The notes under the pieces were generated by a model that did no database searches, was not told where the DNA came from, and saw only the letters and a list, made by a program, of their open reading frames with translations. The position numbers and the translations under genes are program-made. From NCBI GenBank assembly GCA_964016885.1, contig OZ024743.1, forward strand, positions 79,732,001-79,796,000: a stretch of DNA of 64,000 nt, in the 5' to 3' direction. This stretch comes from Eledone cirrhosa (taxonomy: Eukaryota). Each line of letters starts with the position of its first letter. Position 1 is the first letter of the stretch. Of this stretch, positions 28,648 through 41,720 are shown one piece after another.

Positions 28648-29109
28648 ATATAATGCAATATGATTTTCTGTCCACCAACAAGTTTGATAATTAATGTAGT
28701 GATCAATTTTCATTGTATTTGAACATTTTGACATGATATTCTTTGGATTTACGTGATATGAAAATAATTATTTATCTAACGATAATATTTGCTTTATTTC
28801 TATCTCCTGATTATATCGAATGTTTTCCTATAAGAATTAACGATTTCTACGATTTTATAATGTTGTCTTACTCACTAAATATTCATTATTACAGTATATC
28901 TGATAATAGGGTCGTTTTCATTAGATATAGACTTATGGCACTGTATAGATTGGGAGCGTGAGATAAATAGACAGCTAGATAAATACATATGGAGAGAGAA
29001 AGAGAGAGAGAGAGAGTAAGAGGAGACATACACATACAAAATCAGAGAAAAAGAAAGACTATTACTCAAATACACGCATGTATATATATGATATATATAT
29101 ATATGTATA

Positions 29110-29567
<458 letters not shown>

Positions 29568-29575
<8 letters not shown>

Positions 29576-30612
29576 GTTTACATAAGTCATAGATATATAT
29601 GTGTTTTGCAACGAGTCACTTTGTGGCTCAATGAAGAATTAATAAATTAACTAATCAGAGCTATATATCATAAAACATGTCTATAGAATCAGTAGATAAA
29701 ATATATACCGTTTCCTCTCCCAATTAGCATAATTAACCATATAAAAATCAATTAGACCAGGCTATAACAATAAAGGCTCCTATGAAGAAATCTCCGACAA
29801 ATAACCGAAAGAAGCCCCTTCGCAGCGGTTACGACGTAGTATTTATCGAATATTTCGACAGCATGTATAAATCGACCAGATATACAGTCAACTTAACAGA
29901 ATTAGGTGTAAAATAAACTAGAAGAAATGTGTACATATTTAATTACCTCTACCATGGTTTCATCCGCATTTTAAGACATCCGATAACATGGGATATCTAG
30001 AGCTTCGGATTCATCAGGAAGTTAGCTCAAATTCAGACAATTAATTTTCCAAAGTGATCGCGCCAAGAATACATTCAAAAATGGCTAAGAATCGTGACGT
30101 GGCAGCGGTCAAGTTAGAAAGGATGTGATTAGTTGCTTACGGCTAGTAGGCTTATTGCTAGAAAGCGCAGCCCAATACAGCCAAATTGCATCTCAACCTA
30201 ACGGGAGATTATTACATATAAAGGTTTACATATATATATATATAAAGTCATAGATATATATGTGTTTTGCAACCGTTCACTTTGTGGCTCAATGAAGAAT
30301 TAATAAATTAAATAATCAGAGCTATATATCATAAAACATGTCTATAGAATCACTAGATAAAATATATCCGTTTCCTCTCCCAATTAGCACAATTAACCAT
30401 ATAAAAAATCAATTAGACCTAGCTATTAGACCAAGATAAATACTCCGTCGTAACCACCGCGAAGGGGCTGCTTTCGGTTATTTGTCGGAGATTTCTTCAC
30501 AGGAGCCTTTATTCTTATAGCTTGGTCTAATTGATTTTTTATATGGTTAATTATGCTAATTGGAAGAGGAAACGGTATATATTTTATCTAGTGATTCTAT
30601 AGACGTGTTTTA

Positions 30613-30620
<8 letters not shown>
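29568..30620 (-). mobile_element. Non-autonomous PLE-like element with direct and inverted pLTR copies
   Basis: 29568-29770 recurs directly at 30216-30430; 29665-29845 recurs inverted at 30440-30620. Confidence 0.75.
29945..30022 (-). ncRNA. Type-I hammerhead ribozyme with extended helix II
   Basis: acttc-CUGAUGA-atccg...cggat-GAAA-ccaug-GUA-gaggt; palindromic ACCATGGT helix III. Confidence 0.8.
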
Positions 30621-30664
<44 letters not shown>

Positions 30665-30745
30665 CAAAGAGATTATATGCATTATTTGTGATTATGGTTT
30701 GATATATAATAGTTGGTGTGCAATAGTTTCTCTCTATAATTGTAG

Positions 30746-30791
30746 AACCATTGATTACTGAAGACGTCTGTCTCTGTAGGACAATGGCGCT
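30746..30791 (+). CDS. Putative internal exon A of a three-finger (LU-like) protein gene
   Basis: Acceptor tttctctctataattgtag, donor gtaagg; only phase 1 is open: PLITEDVCLCRTMA. Confidence 0.5.
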
Positions 30792-30849
30792 GTAAGGTGG
30801 GATTATCTCTGGCGGTCATAGACAAACTAATAGGTAACAATGTTTTAGT

Positions 30850-31520
30850 TTAGATGTTGTCTTCCTGTTTCTTCTACACCAACTACAACGGTACGCATGG
30901 GGCCCACCCACAGCCCTGGCGGACAGAATGGAGAAGGCGTTTCTCCGAAGGACGGCGAAGAGGAAGACGCGCTGGAAAAGCCACTCCCACTCGCGGGGCT
31001 CACACCTGCGGCTGGCCAGCTCAGCGCCTATGGTGGTGAGTAAGGAGGTAGCCTGGGCCGAGGACACCAGAAGTTTCCACTGCCAGGAGTACGACCGCAA
31101 ACCTGTCGGGGAGCGACTAGTATTTGAGGAGTTTAGCCCCCTCAGCCCGACGTGCAGCAGAACCTGGGTCAGTCGCAGACTGCACCAGGTTGCGGCTGCA
31201 GAAAATGTCGGTGCAAGTGGCATCCCAGACGAGGGGTTTGCCACCGTGGAAGGGAAAGATGGTCATACCATCTGGCCATTTGCCGTCCCCTCGATCCAGC
31301 CACACCGGCTAGAGCTGGGAAGGGAAGCCTGCAGCGTCCAAGCCATGCTTAATGACCTCGTTGAGGGCAACATGGCGTGGAATGCGGCCGGCACTGTGGC
31401 GACAGGAAAGCGGGTGGAGGCCGAAAGAGTCTACGCTGGAACCGCAGCGACATAGGTTTGGCTGGCAGATCCGGAGGCCGAGCGTCAGGGAAACGCCGAT
31501 TCGCAGGCTGATAGAGGGAG
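30850..31520 (-). mobile_element. CRE-clade LINE 3' fragment (zinc knuckle + restriction-like endonuclease)
   Basis: CGSSVDSFGLHPLSCRHSAGRIPRHVALNEVI, GKWPDGMT..GKPLVWDATC, AEGAKLLKY, AVETSGVLG. Confidence 0.85.
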
Positions 31521-31754
31521 GGATTATGTGGAGTTGAATGGTGGGGGAGGGAAGGAGGGATTATGTGGAGATGAATGGTGGGAGGAGGAGGGGGGATTCT
31601 CTCCTGGGGGAGGAAGGGGAGAGTGTGTTGTGGGGGGGAGGAGGGGGATTGTGTGGTGATGGAGGGTGGAATTCTGTAATCCAGTTTTGTGGCGATTATT
31701 TCGTATACTTTCGGTCGTCATCGAGTTTGGTTATGGAGAGATTTTCATGTGTTA

Positions 31755-32592
<838 letters not shown>

Positions 32593-33817
32593 TTCGAGTA
32601 TTTTCGTCTCGCGAAAGAAAGGGAAATTTATTTTTCCGAGCACTCCAGGAATGTTAACTGTCTCAAGCGCCGGGGTGTCAGCGGGAAGTCCCCCACCGAC
32701 CGCCGCCATCGTGTATACCAAACGATGACTGGTTATTCACACTGGTGGGGGATTTAGTTAAGGGCTAGTAGAAGGAGGCATGATAAAATTAAAAATTATG
32801 ATTAAGCCTAGAATTTAAAAGTACTGTTTGGTGGTCAATAACCGGTGGCGCGGCGGGTTCCAAGTCTGACAGGGCCCAGAGCGAAGCAGCCGTCCCGAGT
32901 ATTTTCGTTTACCGAAAGAAGGGGAAATTTATATGTTCAAGCACTCTAGGAAGGCTGATCGACTCGAGCGCCTGGCGTGCAGTCGGGAAAGCAGCCACAT
33001 CCGTCGGATCATCGCGTGTACCAAACGATTATTAGTTATTCACACCCGTGATGTGAAGTTTAAAAGTGGCAAAATCTGATGAAATCTGTCAATAGACTAT
33101 ATTTAGTCCCCAGTTAGTCCGGGTTATATGTAGTGTGATTCTTGAGTGGGTAGGGGTAGTGAATAAAGTTCTTGAGTTAATAAAGATAAACAGATATAAA
33201 GGGTACAGAGAGTAATATTCTAGGGTCGTGTGCTAATTTTAGGTAACAGATAAGTACATAAGGGGAGTAAAGCGAATAAATAAATACATAAATAAAAACA
33301 TAAGTAGAATGCATAAATAAAATGCAGTCATACGTAGGGTGGTAATTGAGGGAGTAAAATGGAAGTATATAAGAACATATCGAAGAAATCAAAAAAACCA
33401 GAAATAAAATACAGATCAAGGTTCAGTAAATGGACAATAGATAGCACGGTTGGAGAATACAAGGTTATACATATAGATATAGAGGATGGAAGAGTTGGAA
33501 TGGTATCAGGTGATACCTAGTGTAGGTTCGAGTCTTAATTTTCAATGTGAATCCCAAAACCCTGAAATATAGGATAGAGAATTCAGTCTAGTAGAATACG
33601 TTGATTTTTTTGAAGAATCAATGAGGTCTGACGTAGTCTGAGTATTCCCGAGAGGGAAGCAGCAATATATGGTCCGGGTGGGCGGTAGACATAGCTTAAT
33701 GCAGCCAAAATCCGAATGGTGTGTAGTTAGTCCGATACTGGTGATAGCTTTACACTGGAGTCAGGGCCCCCGTTCTCTATTACATTTGAAAGCGCTCGAC
33801 ATTTCCTGGAGCTTTAT

Positions 33818-34016
33818 TTATTTAGGTTTGTTGGTTCACCACTGGATAGAACTGGTCATTCCGTATGGTCAACCTCGATGTAATATTAGGGAGAGCACTC
33901 GACGTAATGCAACTCACTCGTCTTCGTTTGTGTTGTTGGTGGTGCGAGTACGGAGACATCGAGGTTGACCATACGGAATGACCAGTTCTTCCAGTGGTGA
34001 ACCAACAAACCTAAAT
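33818..34016. repeat. Local inverted duplication (~62-bp arms)
   Basis: atttaggtttgttggttcaccactgga..caacctcgatg inverted at 33956-34016. Confidence 0.8.
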
Positions 34017-34134
34017 ATATATATATATATATATAATTGTTTCTACTTTAGGCACAAGGCCAGCAATTACCCAGTGCATTACTGGTACTTTATTTTATCG
34101 ACCTCGTATATGTATATAATGTTTATTGAAACAG

Positions 34135-34193
34135 AAATCCAACTTTCTGTGATAGTTGCAAGCTTGAAACTACACCAGCGTCACACGGCAAAG
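34135..34193 (+). CDS. Putative internal exon B of the LU-like gene
   Basis: Acceptor tttattgaaacag, donor aag/gttgta; NPTFCDSCKLETTPASHGK; phase matches exons A and C. Confidence 0.5.
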
Positions 34194-34419
34194 GTTGTAC
34201 AACAATATCACCACTGACACATACATCTCCATCATCATCACTAACACCGTCATTATCACCACCACCGCCACCACCACCGCCACCATCATCATCACCAACA
34301 CCGTCATCATCACCACCATCATCATCACCATCACCATCATCATCATCAGCAACACCGTCATCATCAACACAATCACTATCACCACCACCATCACCACCAA
34401 CATCACTGTTTCTGTGTGT

Positions 34420-36560
34420 TGGTTGGTTGAGTGTGTGATGGTATGATGGTGTTGGTAGTGTAGTGTTGGTGGTGTGTGTAATGGTATGATGTGTTGGTAG
34501 TGTGGTGGTGTGTTTGCAATGGTATGATGGTGTTGGTGTGTAATGGTATGATGGTGTTGGTAGTGTGGTGTTGGTGGTGGTGTGTAATGGTATGATGGTG
34601 TTGGTAGTGTTGTGTTGGTGGTGGTGTGTAATGGTATGATGGTGTTGGTAGTGTGGTGGTGGTGTGTGATGGTACGATGGTGTTGGTAGTGGTGATGTGT
34701 AATGGTATGATGGTGTTGGTAGTGTGGTGTTGGTGGTGGTGTGTAATGGTATGATGGTGTTGGTGGTGTGGTGTTGGTAGTGGGGTGGTGGTGTGTAATG
34801 GTATGATGTGTTGGTAGTGTGGTGTTGGTGGTGGTGGTGTGTAATGGTATGATGGTGTTGGTGGTGTGTAATGGTATGATGGTGTTGGTGGTGTAGTGTT
34901 GGTGGTGGGGTGGTGGTGTGTAATGGTATTATGTGTTGGTAGTGTGGTGGTGGTGGTGTGTAATGGTATGATGGTGTTGGTAGTGTGGTGTTGGTGGTGG
35001 TGATGGTGTCTAATGGTATGATGATGTTGGTAGTGTGGTGTTGGATGGTGTGTAATGGTATGATGGTGTTGGTAGTGTGGTGTGGGTGGTGGTGATAGTG
35101 TGTAATGGTATGATGATGTTGGTAGTGTGGTGGTGGTGGTGTGTAATGGTATGATGGTGTTGGTAGTGTGGTGTGGGTGGTGGTGATAGTGTGTAATGGT
35201 ATGATGGTGTTGGTAGTGTGGTGTGGGTGGTGGTGATAGTGTGTAATGGTATGATGATGTTGGTAGTGTGGTGGTGGTGGTGTGTAATGGTATGATGGTG
35301 TTGGTAGTGTGGTGTTGGTAGTGGTGGTATGTAATGGTATGACGGTATTGGTAGTGTGGTGTTGGTGGTGCTGGTGGTGGTGTGTGTAATGGTATGATGG
35401 TGTTGGTAGTGTGGTGTTGGTGGTGGTGGTGTGTAATGGTATGATGGTATTTGTAGTGTGGTGTTGGTGCTGGTGCTGGTGTGTAATGGTATGATGGTGT
35501 TGGTAGTGTGGTGGTGGTGGTGTGTGTAATGGTATGATGTGTTGGTAGTGTGGTGTTGGTGGTGGTGATGGTGTGTAATGGTATGATGATGTTGGTAGTG
35601 TGGTGTTGGTGGTGGTGGTGTGTAATGGTATGATGGTATTTGTAGTGTGGTGTTGGTGCTGGTGCTGGTGTGTAATGGTATGATGGTGTTGGTAGTGTGG
35701 TGTTGGTGGTGGTGGTGTGTGTAATGGTATGATGTGTTGGTAGTGTGGTGTTGGTGGTGGTGATGGTGTGTAATGGTATGATGATGTTGGTAGTGTGGTG
35801 TTGGTGGTGGTGGTGGTGGTGGTGGTGGTGTGTGTGTAATGGTACGATATGTTGGTAGTGTGGTGTTGGTAGTGGTGTGTAATGGTATGATGTGTTGGTA
35901 GTGTAGTGTTGGTGGTAGTGTAGTGTTGGTGGTGCTGGTGGTGGTGTTGTTGGTGGTGGTGGTGTGTAATGGTATGACGGTATTGGTAGTGTGGTGTTGG
36001 TGGTGCTGGTGGTTGTTTGTGTAATGGTATGATGGTGTTGGTAGTGTAGTGTTGGTGGTGGTGTGTAATGGTATGATGTGTTGGTAGTGTGGTGTTGGTG
36101 GTGTGTGTAATGGTATGATGTGTTGGTAGTGTGGTGTTGGTGTTGGGGGTGGTGGTGTGTAATGGTATGATGGTGTTTGTGGTGTTGGTGTTGGTGGTGT
36201 GTGTAATGGTATGATGTGTTGGTAGTGTGGTGTTGGTGTTGGGGTGGTGGTGTGTAATGGTATGATGGTGTTTGTGGTGTTGGTGTTGGTGGTGTGTGTA
36301 ATGGTATGATGTGTTGGTAGTGTGGTGTTGGTGTTGGTGGTGTGTAATGGTATGATGGTGTTGGTAGTGTGGTTATGGTGCTGGTGGTGTGTGTGATGGT
36401 ATGATGGTGTTGGTAGTGTGGTGTTGGTGGTGGTGTATGTGATGGTATGATGGTGTTGGTAGTGTGGTGTTGATGCTGGTGGTGGTGTGTGTAATGGTAT
36501 GATGTGTTGGTAGTGTGGTGTTGGTGTGTGTGCGATGGTATGTTTTTGTATGGTGTGTAG
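34420..36560. repeat. ~40-bp GT-rich minisatellite (core gtgtaatggtatgatggtgttggtagtgtggtg)
   Basis: Dozens of variable-length tandem units. Confidence 0.95.
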
Positions 36561-36603
36561 TATCTTGATGGTGGTGGTTGTGTGTGTTTCTTTCTTTATC
36601 TAG

Positions 36604-36801
36604 TGTACCTCCTCTGCACATTGTCTGCAACCTCTATGCTATGTCAGCAGCATATGTGCATTAATTTACCAGCTGCAACAGCAACCATCGTGACTTGCAT
36701 GTGTGATGGCTGCAACCAAAGCTTATCTCTAGAATTGCTCAACACGAATTCATTAAACCTCACTCAGACAGAATTAAAATTAACTTACTGGACATCTGTA
36801 T
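36604..36801 (+). CDS. Putative Cys-rich exon C of the LU-like gene
   Basis: Strong acceptor tttctttctttatctag, gtatgt donors at 36798 and 36802; VYLLCTLSATSMLCQQHMCINLPAATATIVTCMCDGCNQS..TYWTS. Confidence 0.55.
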
Positions 36802-37333
36802 GTATGTATGTATGTATGTATGTATGTATGTATGTATGTATGTATGTATGTATGTATGTATGTATGTATGTATGTGTGTATGTGTGTATGTGTGTATGTG
36901 TGTATGTGTGTATGTATGTATGTATGTATGTATGTATGTATGTATGTATGTATGTGTGTATGTATGTATGTGTGTATGTATGTATGTTTGTATGTATACA
37001 TGTATGTAGGTATGTATGTTTGTATGTATGTATGTATGTATGTATGTATGTGTGTATGTATGTATGTTTGTATGTATACATGTATGTAGGTATGTATGTA
37101 TGTATACATGTATGTAGGTATGTTTGTATGTATGTATGTTTGTATGTATACATGTATGTATGTATGTATGTATGTATGTATGTATGTATGTATGTATGTA
37201 TGTATGTATGTATATGTATGTATGTCTGTATGTCTGTATGTATGCGTGTGTATGTATATATGTATGTATACATGTGTGTATGTATATATGTATGTATGTA
37301 TTTATGCATGAATGTATGTATATATATATGTAT

Positions 37334-37368
<35 letters not shown>

Positions 37369-37480
37369 TGAATGTATGAATATATATATATGTATTTATA
37401 TATTTATGTATGTGTATGGGTATGTATGATTGTATGTATGTATGTATGTGTATAGGTATGTATGATTGTATGTATATGTG
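36798..37480. repeat. (GTAT)n tetranucleotide array
   Basis: Direct reading. Confidence 0.95.
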
Positions 37481-37539
37481 TATGTAGGTATGTTCACGTG
37501 TCTGTCTGCATGGCATTATATATAGTGTAATATAGGGGC

Positions 37540-37724
37540 AGTGGATTGGCAGTATCGGTAGAAGGTCGGACGCCATGCTTTCCAGCATAGTTACGTCCCT
37601 TTACGATCTGAGTTCAAATCCCGCCGAGGTTGACTTTACCTTTCATCCTTACGGGGTTGATAAAATAAAGTACCAGTAATGCACTGGGTAATTTGCTGGC
37701 CTTGTGCCTAAAGTAGAAACAATT
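37540..37724 (+). mobile_element. tRNA-derived SINE, near full length (near-identical copy 42775-42942)
   Basis: tggcagtatcggtag A-box-like, gagttcaaatcc B-box-like, conserved body. Confidence 0.85.
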
Positions 37725-38031
37725 ATATATAGTGTAATACATCTGTGTATACATTTCCCTATACATACAAACATTTATACACACACACACACAAATATAT
37801 ATATAGTATATATATATATATATATGAAAATTAGAATTGGTGCTCTGAAATAGCGATATATATATATGAATGTATATATAGTGTATTTTGCATATCGCTA
37901 TTTCAGAGCGCCAATTCAAATTTTCAATTTCTCCTTGACCGGCAACCGCTCTGTATAATCAGTTCCTGATTATTACTAGAATTCTATAAGAATCAAACAT
38001 CCATGATTTTCAGCAAACAGGTGGAGTACTT

Positions 38032-38076
38032 AGCTTTGATAAGTACCAAAAAGTACGAAACAGAGCTCTGTCAGCT
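38032..38076 (+). ncRNA. Type-I hammerhead with U3-A8 core variant
   Basis: agct-UUGAUAA-gtac caaaaa gtac-GAAA-cagagcucu-GUC-agct; helix III is the palindrome ACAGAGCTCTGT. Confidence 0.75.
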
Positions 38077-38277
38077 TTATCTCCCTCTGTCTGCTGAAAA
38101 TTTAAAGTAAGTGAGACTGTCACTACTCTAAAACAATAGTGTAAGGTCTTCGAAATGCTTTTAATTAAGCATACAGTGTATTGCAAAATACACTATATAT
38201 ACATTCATATATATATATATGCATATATGTATGCACTTAATATATGTTTCTAGATAGAGTTATACATATATACCTAG

Positions 38278-38372
<95 letters not shown>

Positions 38373-38857
38373 TTACTTTGATAGCTTGTTAGGTTTCAGC
38401 CAGTACTGGCTCAGGCCATATCCATATTTAATAACACCACCTCTGCTGAAGTATTTCACATCTTCACAACTCAGTTATATTTTGCACACCATGAGTCATA
38501 AGTGAGTGTAGGGGTTTATCAGAAAAGTTTTAGAGTTGTTTGTCTAGGGATCTTTGGAAATTCATGGGGTCTTTTTCTGTGATCTGCTGAGGTAGGTTGT
38601 TATGATATAAAATAGAGCTTATTCAGTTGATCTGAAGCAGTTGAGTAGTTGTATTTTTATGAGATGCGACATTGATGCTTGTAGTGGGCGGATGGCACAG
38701 GGACCAAATCTTGACTGCTTTTTAAAGTTGATAACAACATCATTTGGGCAATGTTGATGAATTATGTTCCAGATCGTACAAATCATGTAGCGCACACAGA
38801 GTCGTTGGAGATAGTTATATCTATCTATCAGTTGTTCTGTCTCCCTCCCTATCTCAT

Positions 38858-38982
<125 letters not shown>

Positions 38983-39002
38983 ATATATATGTATGTAATT
39001 CT

Positions 39003-39082
39003 TCACCCACTGATGAGCAAGAATCAGTATTCCTCTTCACAATTAATTTTGCGAAACAGCATAGCCAAAGCTGTCTGGGTGA
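39003..39082 (+). ncRNA. Canonical type-I hammerhead ribozyme with full helix III
   Basis: tcaccca-CUGAUGA-gcaaga..ttttgc-GAAA-cagc atagccaaa gct-GUC-tgggtga; predicted cut after 39075. Confidence 0.88.
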
Positions 39083-39516
39083 TTGGTAGTTACCACAATT
39101 CCGGTTTGTATTTTTTTTCTTGATTTATTCTTAAATTGAGTCTGGCAAACCCTATTGTCTATAGTTAGTATTCTTTTCACCTTAGCGAATCTGGTCAATT
39201 ACGATTTGAACACATATATGTATATATCTGTGTTCGTTTTTCTTTTATATTCAATTATAATATACGGCTCGGAAAAATCTCTTTCTTAGAGCTATTTTGT
39301 TGTAAGAGACTATTTTGAGGTTCTAACTCAATATATACCGCTGCTATATGTATGTATATATATTTAATGTAGAAAGACTTCTACAGGACTAGAACTGAGT
39401 ATACTGGAGCAAGTGAAAGGAAGTATTTTGCTCAAGAACACAACACACAACCAAGGAATCGAACCCACGACATTATGATCGTAAGTCCAACACCCTTACC
39501 ACTAGTCCACATGCCT

Positions 39517-39591
<75 letters not shown>

Positions 39592-39785
39592 ATCGGTCGG
39601 GATTAAAAAGGAATTCCTCAACTTGTACCAACACCACTACTACAACAGGTCTCTTGTTTTATCTTTCTCTCTCTCTCCCTTGCCCGCTCTCTCTTTGTTC
39701 CTCAAATTTATGCACTCACTCCCTTTCTCTCTTGCACACTCTCTTACCACCCTCTTTCCACAATGACCAATGTTTTATACGAAAG

Positions 39786-39910
39786 ATACACCAGCAATTA
39801 TTACAACAACATGGTTGAGAAGCAGCTCTAAATGTATTCCGCTTCACTACATTTTGGTTGTTTACATTGTTTTCACAAATTTTTGGTTCATTTCTATATT
39901 TCATTTGTAA
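39786..39910 (+). CDS. Putative terminal exon D (Thr-rich spacer + hydrophobic GPI-signal-like tail)
   Basis: TPAIITTTWLRSSSKCIPLHYILVVYIVFTNFWFISIFHL*; pyrimidine-rich upstream, AAG acceptor, AATAAA near 40005. Confidence 0.45.
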
Positions 39911-40189
39911 CAAGTTGAATCCAAAATTGTTTGTCAGTCACATTTTCTGCAAGAGAAACTTGTAATTTAAATCGCGTTCACTGAAGAGTAAAATACATAC
40001 ATAAATAAATAAATAAGTGAAAGTATATTGATGTTTTATTGAACTATAGTACTTTCAATTAAAATATCGAGAATTTAAAAATAGTTTATCTACAAAAACA
40101 AATTAAGTTTGACTATTTCATTCACAGTATTTATAACTTTGGTATATAAATGTAGTCACTTTGGCGCTAGCTGCTCTAATATATTGTAA

Positions 40190-40550
40190 AGGTATGGATG
40201 ACTGGGTAAGAAGAATACTTCGTAATAGTGAGAACATGGGTTCGATTTCATTATGAGAGATTGAACGAAAGTATCATTTGCCATATTTTAGGGTCAACCC
40301 AAACTTTGTAAGTGATATTGGGTAGATGGAAACTATGCGGAAACCTGTCGGTTATGTAACTGCAATTTAATTCAAAAGTCTAGCATTTACAGAAACTGTG
40401 TCTCGCTGATTTTGCTTGAAGATTATATTAAGCGCACACGTAACTGTGAAATAGTCAACTACTTATACGTTAATTCACGAGTTGAATGTTCACTGTATCG
40501 AAAACTTGAGTGAGTGCTCATCGTCGAAGCCAACGGAAGATCCTTCATCA
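40190..40550 (+). mobile_element. Old SINE-like repeat of a second family (relatives 15500-15790 +, 11280-11440 -)
   Basis: ggttcgattt(c) B-box-like head and shared body segments. Confidence 0.5.
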
Positions 40551-41079
40551 TCAACTAAAAACTAGAAACCAAACGACTGCAAGTAGGATATAAATGTTAT
40601 AACAAGAACAATATTCATTCTTCGGTATAATGACATCTGATAGATTATCCGTTGGTACATGTTGTCAATGATACCAAACTTGTGTCTGTTCGAGTTTTTA
40701 GAAAGTATTCCTGACCTTGTGGGTAGGGTGTTAGTTTTGTTTTTATCATAATGTCATGGGTTCGATTCTTGGCCTAGGTGACATGATCTATTCTTTGAAC
40801 TATACAATTCATTCTACATTCCACCAGTCAACCCTGCAAAAATATCAGGGATTAAACATTGCAATGGATAAACATTCTATCCAAGAAGGTGTCTTGTACT
40901 CTAGGTCACCTAACATCAATGGAACCGGGATAAGCTCTTGACTAGGGACAGACGTTAGTTTTTATTGCCGCCATGTTGCTAAGTAAACACTACTTTGTAA
41001 TCAATGTTTGTATTTTTATTAATCAAGAAGTAAACAAGATACTCCAAGAAGATATTAACAACAGCAAATAATATGACTA

Positions 41080-41720
41080 TGTGAGGGATCTATATCTAGA
41101 GTAAGCTCACTACTTGGTTTCTATTCCGGAAGATCATTTATAACAAGCGTTTGAAGCTGACGGGAAATTGTATCACTTCGTATAAGTTCCTTTTAGTGTC
41201 ACGAATAATGTTTCCGTTTTTCCATGAACGAAATACTCAAGGACATATCCACACTTGGATTAAATGACAGACGTAGAAGTGAATAAAGAGAAGCACGATA
41301 GAAAGACGTCTAATGAATCAGGTTTCAAGTTTAAGTGATAGTTAGCAGCGTTATTGGTGTTAACGAAATTAAATCTTCTTCGGTATACAACCAACTCCCA
41401 AGGAAATCTCTATCTCCATACGGAAAGACAGAAACTGCTCCAAGGGAATGACAAATTTCGCTTTTCGTTCGAAATAAAACATTTCCTTTATTATAAAATC
41501 TCGGCAGAACACGTTTGAAGATTTGTAAAAGGAAATTGAAAATGTAACTCTAATATATATCGATGGTAACATTTAGATTTGTATTGGAAACAGATGCATC
41601 GTAAAACTATCTTACTGCTACAGTGAATCAAGGAGTAAGATTTGTTGCCTTCTTTTCATGTATATAAAATCGGTGAGAACACAATCACTCAGCAATTGAA
41701 AAGGAAGCCATGCAATTCAT
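41080..41720 (+). pseudogene. Highly degraded Ty3/Gypsy RT-RNase H remnant
   Basis: AFEADGKLYHF.VPFSVTN; FVLETDAS..VAFFS..HSAIEKEA. Confidence 0.7.

Larger units (their letters stand above)
22900..28650 (+). mobile_element. Near full-length Tx1/L1-clade LINE, inactivated
   Basis: ORF1 with CCHC knuckle, ORF2 with APE, RT and CCHC, 3' UTR with AATAAA and (TTA)n tail; 5' end approximate. Confidence 0.93.

Noticed and set aside
22492-28650. Direct repeats flanking the element as LTRs
   Set aside because: They are LINE 3' ends with tails; no TG..CA, PBS or integrase
28758-28961. MKIIIYLTIIFALFLSP as signal-peptide exon of the LU-like gene
   Set aside because: Looks like a signal peptide but there is no convincing phase-1 donor; not called
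34135-36693. Alternative frame giving a TAZ-like HTAKCTSSAHCLQPLC
   Set aside because: Stops shortly after and does not match the phase of exon A
37545-37630. tRNA gene
   Set aside because: A/B-box-like head of a SINE with no complete cloverleaf
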